Part shown: piece by piece, positions 38,623 to 53,307 of the stretch
Numbering within the stretch: position 1 is the first letter of the stretch
How the letters are laid out: the number at the start of each line of letters is the position of its first letter
Assembly (NCBI GenBank): GCA_951406725.2
Contig: OX597822.1
Location: 49,848,001-49,912,000, forward strand
DNA length: 64,000 nucleotides
From: Octopus vulgaris
Lineage: Eukaryota
Reading direction: 5' to 3'
Position numbers and translations under genes: made by a program
Notes under the pieces: model-generated
Told to the model about the DNA's origin: nothing
The model's input: the letters and a program-made list of their open reading frames with translations, nothing else
The model's database searches: none

Positions 38623-41600
38623 ATGGAACCGAGATGCCAATTCGATCCAAACTAGCTTAAACAATACACCTTTAAAAGTGGATTTGTTTGATTGGTTCTT
38701 TCAAATAACGGTTATATGCGAGCGATAAACAAAAATAAACAAAACAAAATAAATGAATTCAGTATAAAATTATAAAAATCGAGGAAAAAAAACCTTCAAT
38801 CGAAGATTTGATTCAAATACATATTGTCATTAATTATGCAGAAAATATAATTCGATTAATATAATTAATACATAGAAATTGAAATTAAAATATATTAAAA
38901 TATATTAAAATATTTCACAATAGTATATACTCATACTAAACCATCAATATGCAGGTATACATCAAAATACGCAGATAGATGTGCGCAGACCACATACATA
39001 TACAGACATATAAATGCAAAACGAACGCTAGTAGAACTAGGACCAGGAAAGTTTTGTGGTTCAACCCAGCTTTCAATTTGATCACGGCTACAGAGCTAGA
39101 AATGCCGTGTCTGGTAGTCCAACAAAGGTAAACACTGGGCAAATATTGTGTTTTTACCTCTCTTACCTGAAGAAAGAATTTTTTTTTCTCCACGGTAACT
39201 GCCATGAATTTGCTTTTATAAGTTGAAATAAGTCACAAACATATTTTAACTAACCTAACTTTCGCTTATGCTTAAACGATGCTTTGCGCTGGTTTTGCTG
39301 AATTTCTCCCGAATTTGTGGTTTAATAGCGCCACTTGGACAACAGTATTTCCCATTGATGACGGCTAAAGATCTAGAAGTGCTGTGTCTGGGAATGCGAC
39401 GAGGTGGAAGCTCTGCTCACTTTACAGTATTTTTACACATTTTACCGTAAGAGAGAATTTACATATTTTACTATAAAGGGGAATTTAAGATATTTTAACT
39501 AACCTACACGCGCGTGTGTGTATGTGTTTGTGCGTGTGTGTATGTGTCTATACATATATAATACATACACATACCTAGTCATATTCATTTGAAATTATTA
39601 TATGATTTTTTCTATGAATGGAACAGCTATCATTTTCAGCTGAGGAAATACTGCCTCTCTACAACATTAAATACATTCTACGTTAGACGAGCCGAGTAAC
39701 ACATTGACTTAGATTCATCAAGAGTAATGTTCAAAGGAATTCCTACCTTAACCATACCGTTTCTTAGCAATTGAATTCTTCTTTTATTGAAGACTGTAGA
39801 TTGTTATTCGAGGGATACATGGCTCCTACGTCTAGCTAATCGGTTGATCATGTAGAGATTCTCTTATTCGTTTAATAGATATGTGTTATTGTCAAAGATG
39901 TAGCTGTACAGGTTATATTGATTAGTGTTTTAAACAATGTATTTTGGTTAATTTCGACCAATACATGCCTGAAATTATATTCGTAGGTAGAGTGATAGGT
40001 AGGTAGGTAGGTAGGTAGGTAGGCAGATAAGTAGGTAGAGAGATATGCGTAGATATTTACATAGAGAAGGTGAAGAAATTGAGTAGACAAGAGTTAGATT
40101 CCTCAAATGAATGATGAGATAGATTGTAAAGGTTTTTTCTGAAGATTCCCAATTGATATCATGTCTATTCTTTCGCTATCATCAAACATGGAATATTGTG
40201 CCAGGAATAAATACGGTTTGAAGGAAACGGCTTTGATACAGTAATTAATTAATAATTAAATGGCTATAAACCAGTTAGATTAACGGAGAGCGTTCAAACA
40301 GATATGGGCCATAAATATGCAATGATGAAAAGCTTAACTGATTGAGCACTGTGTTTAAGTATTCCCTAGTGACCAAGATAAACGAGCTAAAAGCAGAAAA
40401 GAAAACACCATCAAAATATTGCACGGAGTAATCTATTATTCACATCAAAACATTACAACGCACTAAATATCATTAATTAGTGTCCTGTGGATAAATAATT
40501 TTTTAAAACCTATGCGAGAGGAAATCATGAGTAGTTATATGCGACACTTTCTGAAACTATTCTTCTGAAACCAATAGAGCTTATAGTTTGATTAAAACGT
40601 ATATGTAGCTTTTAAGGTAGCTTTTGTAACGCGCTAGTTACTGAAATGCAGGATAACGTGAACATGATATAAACAGAAGACAGTATGATATGAAATGATG
40701 AATCTCATTATCGAATGAGTGTAAAACATGCACCATTTTATGGGATAAAGAGAGCCTCATCTTGGTCGCTCATCTTGCTAGAAATACCAGCCAAATCTCT
40801 CACAGATAACATTCTACCTTGAAACGACATTGAATTACCAAATGTCATCTTCATGACTTGTATAACTCTGCTCAAAACGAGCTCGATCATAGCTGATATG
40901 ACGCTAAACAACAACAATGGCAACAACAGAATTTGTTTAATTTGCTCAAAGTGTTTTTAATTTTAAATATGAAAACCATGGGAATCCTAACAGAACATGA
41001 CATTTGTGAAACCTTGTATTGTAATAACATACGTTTCTTCAGAAAACTAGCTCAGAGATACAACACTTCGCGAGTTTATTTTCTACTTTCTTATATATAA
41101 AGAGAAAAAAATATTGATTTCAGGTTGTAAGCGTAGTAATGCAACGTTTGTAACTAAGAAAGTATTTTACCATTGAAAATTGGGGTTGCGGAAATGCCAT
41201 AATTTTTTTGTATAATCACTGGATTGGAATGGGGAAATGCACATGATATCACAGCGATATTTTCCGGTAAAGACTGACTTAAAGCCTATGTATTTTGATT
41301 ATTTATTTTATTCTTGCTCTTACACTTTCGTGTTGCTACTCAGAGCCATAAATGCAGTCTCTTTTTTTTATCTCATTACTCACATTTCTTTATCTTTTCT
41401 CTGTGTTTGTGCGTGTGTGGGTGCGTACGTGAGAGCACATGTGTGCGTGTGTGTGCCTGTGTGTACATATAGTGTATATTTCTCGTATTTGGATACGAGA
41501 AATCGCATCATGTTCATTCCCATTGACCGGTAATTCGTCACTTTGTATCACTACCTTGACCAGCAAAACAGTTAAATCGTTCTGTGATGAGAAAGAAGTG

Positions 41601-41967
41601 ACAGATGGGGGTTAAACTATGCTTTCACGAAAAGTTTACATTTTTACTACATAGTCATTAGAGAAAATGGATATGTTAGTAAATTTTTAAGCAACGATTT
41701 GTGCAAATCAGGATTTAGAGACAAATTAACATAAACATCACAAATTAAATCTATAAAAAGAAACAATAAAAAATAGGCAAGACATTCTTGTGATGCTCAA
41801 GATTTAGAACGAGTCAGTTTCGTTAGCCATAAACCAGAACTTTGTTTCTTTGTATGTAAATTAAATATTTATTGTTAGTATGAGTCCAGTTAATTATAAA
41901 AACAATTATGTATATATGCATACGTACATACATAAACTTACAAATACATACATACACCCACGTGCGT

Positions 41968-42028
<61 letters not shown>

Positions 42029-44919
42029 TGCACACATTTGCAATTCTATCTCAAAATTTCGGGGAAGTGCAAATGTATTGCTTGACACTCAAGAGTCTAG
42101 AAATTAGGCAAATCACTCTTTAGGTGAAAACACAAGAGCGTGGGAAATATAAATTATCTTTACAAAACTGCGAAATTTTATCAGTAGGCATCGAATTTAC
42201 TGTACCTAATTAGATCTACTCTATCCACTTCCATAGACTAATTTAGAATTCTTGGTTCCAGTTCAGATTATACAGTAGTACGGATGCTTAAACAGAGATC
42301 AGTACTTACTTTGTTATCTGTGTTTAAAATTACTTGTACACACGACTAACAAATCATAAATATCATCTTGAAATTTATTGAGCTGCACCTGGAATATAAT
42401 ACGAGTCATTGACAGTTTTACGATTAGTCATACGTAACATAAAACCTGTAAGATGTAGCTATAAAAATTAAGAGTCAAAATTTAAAATAAATAAAAATAA
42501 ATAAATAATAAATAAATATGGGTGTTTCCGAAACCAACAATTATTATCACTAGAGGTCACCCTGTTTCTGTAGAACACACTTCAAATGAATACATAGGTA
42601 TTTATTTAGAGTTTAACAGTACTGTATAATGCTATGGTCAACTTTGTAACTTTTAAAACAAGCAATATGCTTCCATACGCTTACTATCGTGTACTAAAAC
42701 ATGTATTTCTAAAATTACATATACAAACCGCGTTTATAAAATGACAGCTTAATCTAATTTATTCTGATATATTCACACTGGTGTACTCAAACATACTCTT
42801 TATAAACGTTTGAACTATATCACACAAAATGATGACAAGAGTGCATATAATAATCGCAATTCCTTATCTAAGAAATTCTGACTGCTACAACACCTAACTT
42901 TAACAGGATTTTTCCTTCACTCCGAACTTTATTGATACTATCAGTGTAAAGGTGCGTTTCTCGGAAAACACTGTGGAATATTATCGTTATTTAATAAATT
43001 TCTAGTAAGAAGTAACTGCATCATACCGTATTTTAACTCATATACACATTTCATTTATCTTGAGGTGCAAATAGTATGGATGGAGAGAGGAAAGAAAAAT
43101 AACGTGATGATATTAAAGAAATTTCACCAGTATAATAAACTCTAGTTTGCTAGAGCAACACCATATATAGTTAAATACATTTAGGTTAAAGTAGAAGTGC
43201 TGGAAAATAAAAATTCTTGATCACTAAAGGTTACTTCGCTCTCGAATTGTGGCACCCTGCGTCGAAATAGGTTTTAAATAACTATTTTAAGAGCAATTAA
43301 CGGAAGTTAGCGACAGATCAGCAGCAAAGAGAATCGATCAACTTCTGTATCGATTACATTGCTGTCTTTTAAAATAAACCAACCACAAGAGCATTTTAAT
43401 GGAGTTTTTAAAGTGTAGGGCATATTTCTTTTACATGACAAGTCTTGTGACCTGAAAATAGAGGTGTGTTTAATCATCGCGGGAATCGATTCAAATGTTT
43501 GTTGCAGCTTCTACTATCGATGCTACAGAACGTTAACCAATGTCGGTTTGTAACTGAAGTGGTATTCAAGAATGACGGCAAGCTATGGAAGCAATGTATT
43601 TTGTTTGTTCTCTTCTCTAGTCCAAAGAATCGAATTGGATCAAATTCAGGAAAACATATAGAATAGTTGCGGTATGTAGTTTGAGTGGTAGGGTGGTAGA
43701 AAGAATGGTGAAGTTATGCAAAAATCAATAATCATAATTTACTGATATTATTTAGCGGTTATGAAAGAAAGCAAGCGGTTCTCATACTTTATCAAATATT
43801 GCGGGGGCAACTTCCAACGTTGATGAAGGAAAGTACTCATTAATGTGGTCATATCAGCAATTCTCTAATACAAAAAGATAATCTAATGAGGAGAAACAAT
43901 TGATTAAAAAGAATAATGGTAACGCAGTGTGACATAGAAACATGTTTTGATGACGTAACGCAGAATGGTTGTATCTAGGATCACGGCCACGGCTGCAGCA
44001 GATAATGTGCTGATTTTCATACTACTTTCTCACTTGTAGAGTAGTGTATTCTCTAAAACGGTTTAAACTAAGATCCTGAACCCTCCTTCAAGCATTTCAG
44101 TTGATATATAGACACAGTGTCTCACATTCGGAGGTAAAGGTGTAATCAATTACACCGCAGTATTTTATTAACTACCGAAAGATGAAAGACTGACTTTGAT
44201 ATTCGTAGGATCTAATCTCAAAACGAACAACCAAATACCGTAATAACTTTTGTCACACCACTACATTTTCTCCTTTGATTTTACAGCATTTGGTTAATAC
44301 TATTTTAGTATTATCCACGAACGGAAATTTAATATTTTGTTATTAGATTTACATATTCTGTTCGAATTCCACTGATCTCAACGTTTCCATTCATCATTAA
44401 AGCACCAATAAAATTATACCAGTGAAGTATTCGGGTCGATAGAATTGATTGTGCTATTCATCTAAAACTAGTAGCGTTTGCTTAATTTAGAACTTAATAT
44501 CTAAAAAAATACCTGCATCTTCTCAACAAATATTGATTTTCTTCAGGATTCAAATACATCCTATCATTTATTGATTCAGGTCTTTCAAGCAGCGATCTCT
44601 TAATATAAATTAAACTTGCATTTTCAAGAAATCTACTGTTATACCGGATTGTTTTACAAATGTTTACATTTGTAATTTTGTAGATTCGTTTCATCTTGCA
44701 CAATAGGCTGGTCAAGTTTGTCTGGCAAATAGGACGATCAGTTTTACTTTAAAATTGCCGCTGTTGCGAAGTTTTGAATGAATACAAACCGATGTATTAT
44801 AGCTGCAATTTCAGAGCGAGGAAGGTAGAATTTGCGTTATTGATTATAAAACACTTCTTTTTTTAGGAAAATTAAACAGTGAGCGGAGCTGTATCTCTAG
44901 CAGATATTTAGACACACAA

Positions 44920-45235
44920 GGCGGCGAGCTGGCAGAATCGTTAGCACGCCGGGCGAAATGCTTTGCGGTATTTCGGCTGCCATTACGTTGTGAGTTCAAA
45001 TTCCGCCGAGGTCAACTTTGCCTTTCATCCTTTCGGGGTCGATAAATTAAGTACCAGTTACGCACTGGGGTCGATGTAATCGACTTAATACCTATGTCTG
45101 TCCTTGTTTGTACCCTCTGTGTTTAGCCACTTGTGGGTAATAAAGAAATACGTATTTCCTCTGCCGTTACGTTCTGAGTTCAAATTCCGCCGAGGTTGAC
45201 TTTGCTTTTCATCCTTTCGGGTTCGATAAATTAAG
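44920..45235 (+). mobile_element. tRNA-related SINE family B with partial head-to-tail repeat
   Basis: GGCGGCGAGCTGGCAGAATCG..GAGTTCAAATTCC (B box)..GCCTTTCATCCTTTCGGGGTCGATAAATTAAGTACCAG, a central domain resembling that of widespread metazoan SINEs; restarts internally at 45152. Confidence 0.85.
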
Positions 45236-45309
45236 GCTTGTAATTTATGCTTGCAGTTATTTTGTAAAACTTCGTTTTTCCAACCACGAGTCCAAAGTAA
45301 GTGATTGCT

Positions 45310-45612
45310 GAGAAGAACAAGCGAATGATGTGCATTGAATTCAAGAAAAAAAAATATCGAAGAACATTACCAAGGTGCGCGTGTAGTCGACATGACGAAG
45401 TAGTACGAGCGTAGCACTTCTACGATCTGTAGCATACTGAAGGAGTCGATAAAGCTATAAGGTCAGCCAAGGGGGACAAAATAATTTGTAGACAACGGAC
45501 ATCTATCCATGAAAATATGGAGAAGCTGCTGATGATGTGGTTGACGGAGAAACAACTCGAATGAGTTACTGTGATGGAAGCTATAATCGGCAAGAAAGCA
45601 CAAGCTATGTAT
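45310..45612 (+). mobile_element. Tigger/pogo-like transposase N-terminal (CENP-B-type HTH) remnant
   Basis: KRMMCIEFKKK.IEEHYQGARVVDMTK*YERSTSTICSILK...RTSIHENMEKLLMMWLTEKQL...V.EAII.KKA. Confidence 0.75.
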
Positions 45613-45627
45613 GTGTATATATATATG

Positions 45628-45658
<31 letters not shown>

Positions 45659-45669
45659 ATGCATATATA

Positions 45670-45880
45670 TTTATGTGTGTGTTTGTGTTGCTCCCCGCCA
45701 CCATCACTTGACAAGCGATGTGTGATTATGTCCCCGAAATTCAGTGGTTCAGCAAAAGACATAGAGAAGAGGTACTAAGCTTACAATGGTTACGTCCTGG
45801 GGTCAGTTTGTTCGGCAAAAGGTGGTGCTCCAGCATGGCCGCAGTCGAATGACGGAAACGTGTAAAGAAATAAAAGAAAA
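45670..45880 (+). mobile_element. SINE family A, 3' half
   Basis: CTTGACAAGCGATG..GGTGGTGCTCCAGCATGGCCGCAGTC. Confidence 0.75.
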
Positions 45881-45892
45881 TATATTCTGTAG

Positions 45893-46398
<506 letters not shown>

Positions 46399-46787
46399 TA
46401 AAAACCTGCGTACACATAGATCTATGTGTGTGTGTGTGTTTATTGATTTTTTGAAATAGTTTGTTGTGTGAGACGTGACAGGTGAAATCCTAGATCATGA
46501 AACGTGTGAAAAACTGATACGCTACTGGAACCGTTCAAGGACGGAGTAGTTTACAGAAGAACGCTCCGGGTTATACACAAGAAGATCGAGAAGGTATATA
46601 TAGATAGACTATATGCATGCACGCACGCACACACACAGACACACACACACGGATATATATCGAAAGTCCACACTCACATTCGCAAAAATAATATATTTGT
46701 CTTGGTATATCTGTATTTGTATGTGCGCATGCTTGGACTATTGACGTCTATTTGTACGAAATACATCTATATATCAATAGATGTTTG

Positions 46788-46880
<93 letters not shown>

Positions 46881-47450
46881 TTCCGTGTGTGTTGTGTAAT
46901 GATATGCGTGTGTGTGATGTGTGTGTGTGTGTGTCTATGTGTTAGTGTAGCTACCTCTTACTCAATACACTATCGCTCAGTAGTTCATATCTCACACATT
47001 GTCCTACTCCATCGACGTCTCTAATGTAATGAAATAGCAGAGCATCACGCTGTCCATTACAACAAACACAATATACAGAAGTGAAATACAATATGTTAAA
47101 CGAGATGAAACTGTATTTTGCCGCAGGTGAGTATCAACGGCTGTAACTTCTGTATCAATATCTAACAATATTTCATCAGGTAAATTGTCGAGTATGTCGA
47201 GAGCCTACAGAAATTCTACATGTTGCTCGGCGTAGTGGAAATAGCAGCTGAATATCACTTCATTTATAAAGTGCGTTCTTAAATGATTTGTCAGATAATA
47301 GTTCATGATATTCTTTTATAAGAGTTCAATGTAAAGAATACTTTTCATACTTGTTTCACTTAGTGGTTAGTACTGATCTGGAAATAAGCAAGAACAATCA
47401 TTTTCGGTCGATTCAATGTCATAACCTCTGTTTCACTCTGCATATATATA

Positions 47451-48022
47451 CACTACCGTCAGAAATTAATTAGCACCCTTGATTTGCTCACCATGAAGCA
47501 TGGTGGGGGTGGTCTGATGGTGTGAGGGGCGTTCACACCATCATACACACCACCAACAGTGGTGTTGGGCGGCTCTATGCCGTCGAAGGCAACATCAACG
47601 CAGCAAAGTACGTTGAGATAGTACGGGATACCGCTTTGGTGGCGAGGAGTACGTGCTGGCCAGTCACCTGACCTGAACCCTATTGAGAACCTCTGGAGTC
47701 GATTGGGTAGGGATTTGAATGTGCAGCAATACAGGAACCGACACGAGCTGTTTGGGGCACTTCTTGCTGCATGAGGGGCCAACCCTGCACAGTACCTGCA
47801 GGCACTCATAGACAGCATGCCGACCCGCGTAGCAGCTGTCATTGCTGCCAAAGGAGGAGCAACAAGATATTGACTAAATTTCACGATTAATAAGAATTAT
47901 GTGGTGTGCTGGGATATGTTTTAATAAATTTTTGATTAAAAACGAGTTCGTTTCTGATAATAAGTTAATTAAATTAAGAAAATGTAAGAAAATGTAGAAA
48001 TTTGAGAAGTGCTAATTAAGTG
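47451..48022 (+). mobile_element. Internally deleted Tc1-like DNA transposon
   Basis: TA-flanked; left TIR CACTACCGTCAGAAATTAATTAGCAC, right TIR remnant GTGCTAATTAA..GTG. Protein: TMKHGGGGLMV*GAF and QSPDLNPIENLW...LQALIDSMPTRVAAVIAAKGGATRY*. Confidence 0.9.
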
Positions 48023-48079
48023 TATGTATATATAAAAGCAATAATAAATATCTTAGCGTCACTGGAAAAAGGATATATA

Positions 48080-48210
48080 TTTGTAAAAGAAGGTCTACTT
48101 TTTATCGACAACTCCTGATTGTCACATGCTGATGACGGGTCAATAGCCATAAACTCGAGTCCGTGTGTATCATAGGTTGAAGACGGGAAGGATGGCTTTC
48201 CTTTGCAAAT
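48080..48210 (+). ncRNA. Type I hammerhead motif (G12>T) in a long hairpin
   Basis: CACATG-CTGATGA-CG-GGT-CAATA-GCC-A-TAAA-CTCGAG-TC-CGTGTG (48123-48167). Outer imperfect stems are CCTGAT/ATCATAGG and TTGTAAAAGAAGGTC/GGCTTTCCTTTGCAA. Confidence 0.7.
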
Positions 48211-48826
48211 AATGATAAGGCAGAGAAAGTGTGTCAATAGCCAGCTGGAGGAGGTATCCTCCTGAAGCTACAAGCTACAGTAGCAACCACCCTTAGGGGT
48301 TGGCCATATTTAAATGGCAAATATACTTTGAGAGAGATGCGAGCGTGTTTATCTGTTTGTCTCTTGGGAGACAATACTTTTTTTCTTTCGTTATCTTCCC
48401 CTCAAGTAGCGTTCCGGTAAACAGGGAAAATGGTATTAGTGCCCGTATTAAACATAAGTAATGGTGTTCATTGTTTCATTTTAAACATGTGTTCGTGGTG
48501 CCTCAGTATGGCTGCTGTTCATCGACATCATAATTAGGCGATTAAACGAATACATATCTTCTCATAATATTTCTAAGAACACGTATTAAAATGTCCTTTC
48601 ATGATCTCTTAAATTCAGTGTCGAAAGAAACACGTGTCAAGTAATATTGGAATGAAATGCACTGCAGTGATATATCAAATTTATGATTCAGTATCATATA
48701 TATATATATATATATATATGTACAACAACTGTAAATATATGGATTCATGCACACATACATACAGACGCCATGATAGATCGTTAGTCACTACACACATTTC
48801 TTTTCTCTCCTTGCTTTCTGGGTCCC

Positions 48827-48860
48827 TTTCTGTAGAAGAGTGTAAACTCGAAACGTAAAA
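48827..48860 (+). ncRNA. Minimal hammerhead-like motif, CTGTAGA core variant, in a ~190-bp repeat (48765-48955)
   Basis: TTT-CTGTAGA-A-GAGT-GTAA-ACTC-GAAA-CG-TA-AAA. Confidence 0.55.
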
Positions 48861-48950
48861 TACTTTTTTCCAATTCCTGAGCGTTATACTAATACACCTG
48901 TTTGCTATGTGCACCACCTGTCTTCGTCGTTTGTGTTTTTCGTAAACTCT

Positions 48951-48996
<46 letters not shown>

Positions 48997-51900
48997 AGAT
49001 ATTTAGATATATATATATATATATATCAAAATCAACCGAATTGATGAAATATTTAGAAAACCAAACTACACTACATAAAACATAAGCGTTAAAATATTTA
49101 TATATTAATGCATTTGCTTATAGAACAAGGAATCTCCAGAGAGAAATATACTGACCAACAACCTTTACAACTACCCTCATCATTTTGTGGACTTGGACTC
49201 AGTAGATAAAGAAAGTTCTATCCTAACAACAGCGCACCATACCCAAAATAACGACAGCAACAAATATAGCAACTTAATGACAAGTAAAAACGTGCTACCT
49301 TCTTACATTCTTTCGTGAACCCTTGAAAATTCCATTACGAAAATGCTGCCACGCCTAATTACCAAGCTTTATATAGCGGGCTAAATTTTGAAAGAACAGG
49401 ATTAAATCCAATAAAAACAGAACTAACAAAATCTAATGTCAAATCCTGTAATCAGAAACTTCCTCTGCTTACCTACATCTTTTTGTGACTCACTAAAAAG
49501 AATATCCCATGACGATAAGCTGACACACATAACTATACACTCCTGTTTGTTTACAAAGTTGTACATGCATGAATAAATTCTGAACAAAAACATGTATGTA
49601 TGTATATGCGCAGGAATCCATATATTTACAGTTGTTGTACATATAAATAACATTATTAAATTCATGATATATACCATTGCTCTTACAATGTTTATAGCGC
49701 AACAAGTGACGTTGAGATCGAGTTCTACTGTCTTCGATGTTGCGATTTTCCATTAGAGTGTTACTGATGTAAGGAAGTCGCTCCACACTTACACACATAT
49801 GCACACATAAACAAAGTTAAACCCACTTTGAATATATATCATTCAGAACTATATAACTGCTAATTTGCATTTCTATGTGACTTTCCCGAATATAAATCAT
49901 GCATACACGTAAATACCTATACTTATAGTGATCAATGATGTTCAAATTGACTTGAATATTTTGAAGTACTACAGTTCTCTATATTCTTGAAGCCTTCAAA
50001 TGTAGTTCTCTAAAACTGTATTTTTACAAAAAAGAAAATATAATGTCCTGTGATAGTATATGCATGAACAACTCAGTATTTTCCAAACAACCTAAAGCAA
50101 TGAAAAACAATGTTTTCAACAATAATGGAATCTCAGAAAGAAAGATCCATGCATTTAGAACATTTAGGAAAATAGAAGAACAATATAATGTATTTTGAAT
50201 TCTAGTCGTGAGAATAGCAACATTACAACAGCCTTCAATACCGTACAATTGGTAACCCACAAAACTATTTTTTTTTTGCAACGCATAAAGAATTATTGAT
50301 CTTTTTTATTAGTTTTGCAGAGAAAGTATGCAATTTTGAATAGCAGCTTTAGGTATCATATGCGTCACTACGCAAGACGCAGCTTTATGCAAGAGTAAGA
50401 TACTAAAGCAATTTCATTTCGATAAAGGAATAATAACTAGAAGCAGTCTCAAATAGATCGATGGATGCATCATCATCTTATTATAACATTCCATTTGATG
50501 ATTCTAAATCCCTTTTATTCACCTCCTTAAATCTGAAATCGTTGAAGAAGAAAGATTCAAAGATATAATTAACATATCGCTGCCTTCGATCCTTTCATAT
50601 AAAATAATCACAAAATGTCCCTTTCCTAAGAATAGCGTCTATCGCCTGCCTAAATCGAAAATTCAGTCAAGTTTCAGCAGCTTTCTCTTTTAACTATAAC
50701 ATCTTAAATTCTGATAAATCGACAGATTACAATGCGGACGTTTTATGTTAGTTACACGAGATTATTTTATGAATGCGTTTTAAGGAACGGAATATTTACT
50801 AAAGATTACATATATGTTCATTGAAAAAGAGTCAGAGACAAAAAATCCTGTCAAGGAAACGCTCAAGTATCCACTCATTCATATATGTGTAGTGATTGAA
50901 TTATTAAGTATATAGAAGTCGTTGCAAGTGTGACATACAGAAACCTGGCTTCATATTTTGTTTTGCTAACTAGAAAGATAAGAACTTCTAACGGGGGAAA
51001 TCATGCATTTCGTTGATCTATAATTCAGGAAATCTCTATCAGCACAGTTTTTTTTTCTTTCTTACAGAGATCTAGAGATATTTATATTGCATATCTTTTT
51101 CTCCAATTAATCATTTCACTGAACATCGAAAAGGTTTATTGACGTTGACCTCGCTGCTGTACACGGAAAAAACAAGAGAGGGGTGCTTGATAGAACTTAT
51201 AATTCAAGTCGTTTAAGCGGTAACCATCAACTCTTTTCAGATAATTTATCTCAAAATACTTTATGTAATTACGTCCTTCTTGTTAAGACAGTCTAACGTG
51301 AAAGTGAGATTCGCAGAATGGAAACTATCAAAGATCTCCACATTAGTTCGTGAACTAGTGAACCGTTCGTTTATAATAGTAAGTTTACATAATGTTGAAG
51401 ATTTAGGATTACATGAAATGTGTTAACGTCTATAATTTATCGAGGTCCATTACACATTATTGGTAAATCTGAACTTAATGCTTGACTCTCTAAAACCAGG
51501 AAGATAGGTTTGGAAATTAAGGAAAGGATGGCATAACATAAAGGTATCAAACTGATAACGTTTCTAGGTGTTTCTATCGATTTGGCCTTAGGTAAATTCA
51601 AAGGTAATAACAGCTTGATGAGCTCACAGTAAATTACGCTTTGAATTACCTTGTTGTGCAATAATGTAACGAAATAGGCTTGCAAACAAACGAAATTATT
51701 TGACGACATCAAATTTTAGAGCTCGGTGAAGGGTAAATTATCTGGGGAGGGGGCATATGAGTAAAAATGTAATGAACGAAAAATATGACAGAATAGCGTG
51801 TAACACTGCAAATGATAGCTAACAATAGGGGGGAAAATGTACAAGACTGAGTTGGCGAATAGCCTCAAGAATGAAGATCAGGCCTTTTAGATGAAAGTTA

Positions 51901-52839
51901 TAGATAAACAGTGGGAGGGCATTTAATCAGTCATCGGGTGACTATAGATGATTTGATCAATTAACATTCTGCATGAATGGATATATTGAAAAAATATTTA
52001 ATTGAGTTGTCGATTTCGGCATGAAATCTAATAATGTCACCATGAAATTTATTCCATATTTTACTCCGTTACATAGAATGTAAACCGATTTGAAAATTTA
52101 TTTGTTTATTATGCTCAGCGTCAAATTGTAAAGCGTGAGAGTAATTCATGACGAAAATGAGATAAATACAGAGAAATTAACTTTCAATTTTCTAATTTGA
52201 AATTTTGTTAATAAATTAAATTAAAATGTCAAAAATAATTCAGGAGAGTATAGCTCTGTCTAGAAGGTAATACATATGAAGACAAAAGAAGTACAAATAA
52301 CTTGCATAGCGCTGAGTGCAACTATAGCTCTGGCTACAAGAGTCAATATACATAGCGCTGTATTACTCTAGTTAATAAAGAATAGCTCTGTCTACAATGT
52401 AATACATATGACAGAAAAAGAACAAGAAACTCATTCATAAAAAGTTATCTTCAACAATGTAATGAACAAAATATGACTATTCGCATTTAATCTTCATAGT
52501 AACTCCCCATTCGAGAAACATTATGATAATTTGTGTTTCAAGTGGGCACGCTGTAAAAAGAGATTTGCACCCTTTCGGTTTAATAGCAATAAGCCAACAG
52601 CCAATAATTAAGTTTGTCGGCACAGACGTGATTGTGTGGGCAGAAGTTTGCTTCCCAACCGAATTCAGTTCTACTGCGTGATACATGAAGCATATATCCT
52701 CGGCTGACCCAAGTCTTGTAAGTGGAATACGGAGACGGAATTTGAAAGAAAACAATCATCTCTCCCTCGCTCTTTCTCCCTCTGTGTGCGTGTATATATA
52801 TATATATATATATATATATTCTTTATGTTGCTGTTTGTT

Positions 52840-52980
52840 CCTTTTCGAGCCATACCTGGTTTCCAGGTTTCATTGGCGTCAACCTAGACGGGGTGCCGGT
52901 CCGTCGCAGGTGAGCGGGTAGATGCAGGAGTAAACAGTGAGAGAAAGTTGTGGAGAAAGAATCAGCAGAAATTCGCCTCT
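52840..52980 (-). mobile_element. Fragment related to SINE family C
   Basis: Minus strand CTGCTGATTCTTTCTCCACAACTTTCTCTCACTG resembles 3290-3325. Confidence 0.45.
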
Positions 52981-53307
52981 CATCTATAAACTATGTGTTT
53001 ACACGCACACACACTCACTCTCTCTCACTCTCTCTCACACACACACAGACAGACACACACACACACACAGACAGACAGACACATACAGACAGACAGACAC
53101 ACACACACACACACACACACACGCACTTAGTGTATATTTGGTACAGAGCAAATGGCTACACCAGTTGGGTGTGAAGTTGGGGTTTTTTCAGAGAAGCACT
53201 CAAATCGAATACTGGGCTATCAGCACTGTCGGGTCCCAGCCAAAGCCGGAATACCTGCGTAGAAAATCCAAGTTGCATCGCGATCGTACCGTCATATATA
53301 TTATATC

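Noticed and set aside
43321-43366. Hairpin resembling a pre-miRNA
   Set aside because: The stem is only 6+7 bp with an internal loop, too short, and I recognise no mature sequence.
51440-52060. Possible CR1-like RT remnant on the minus strand
   Set aside because: Only faint motifs (F.PKSTTQL); too decayed to support.
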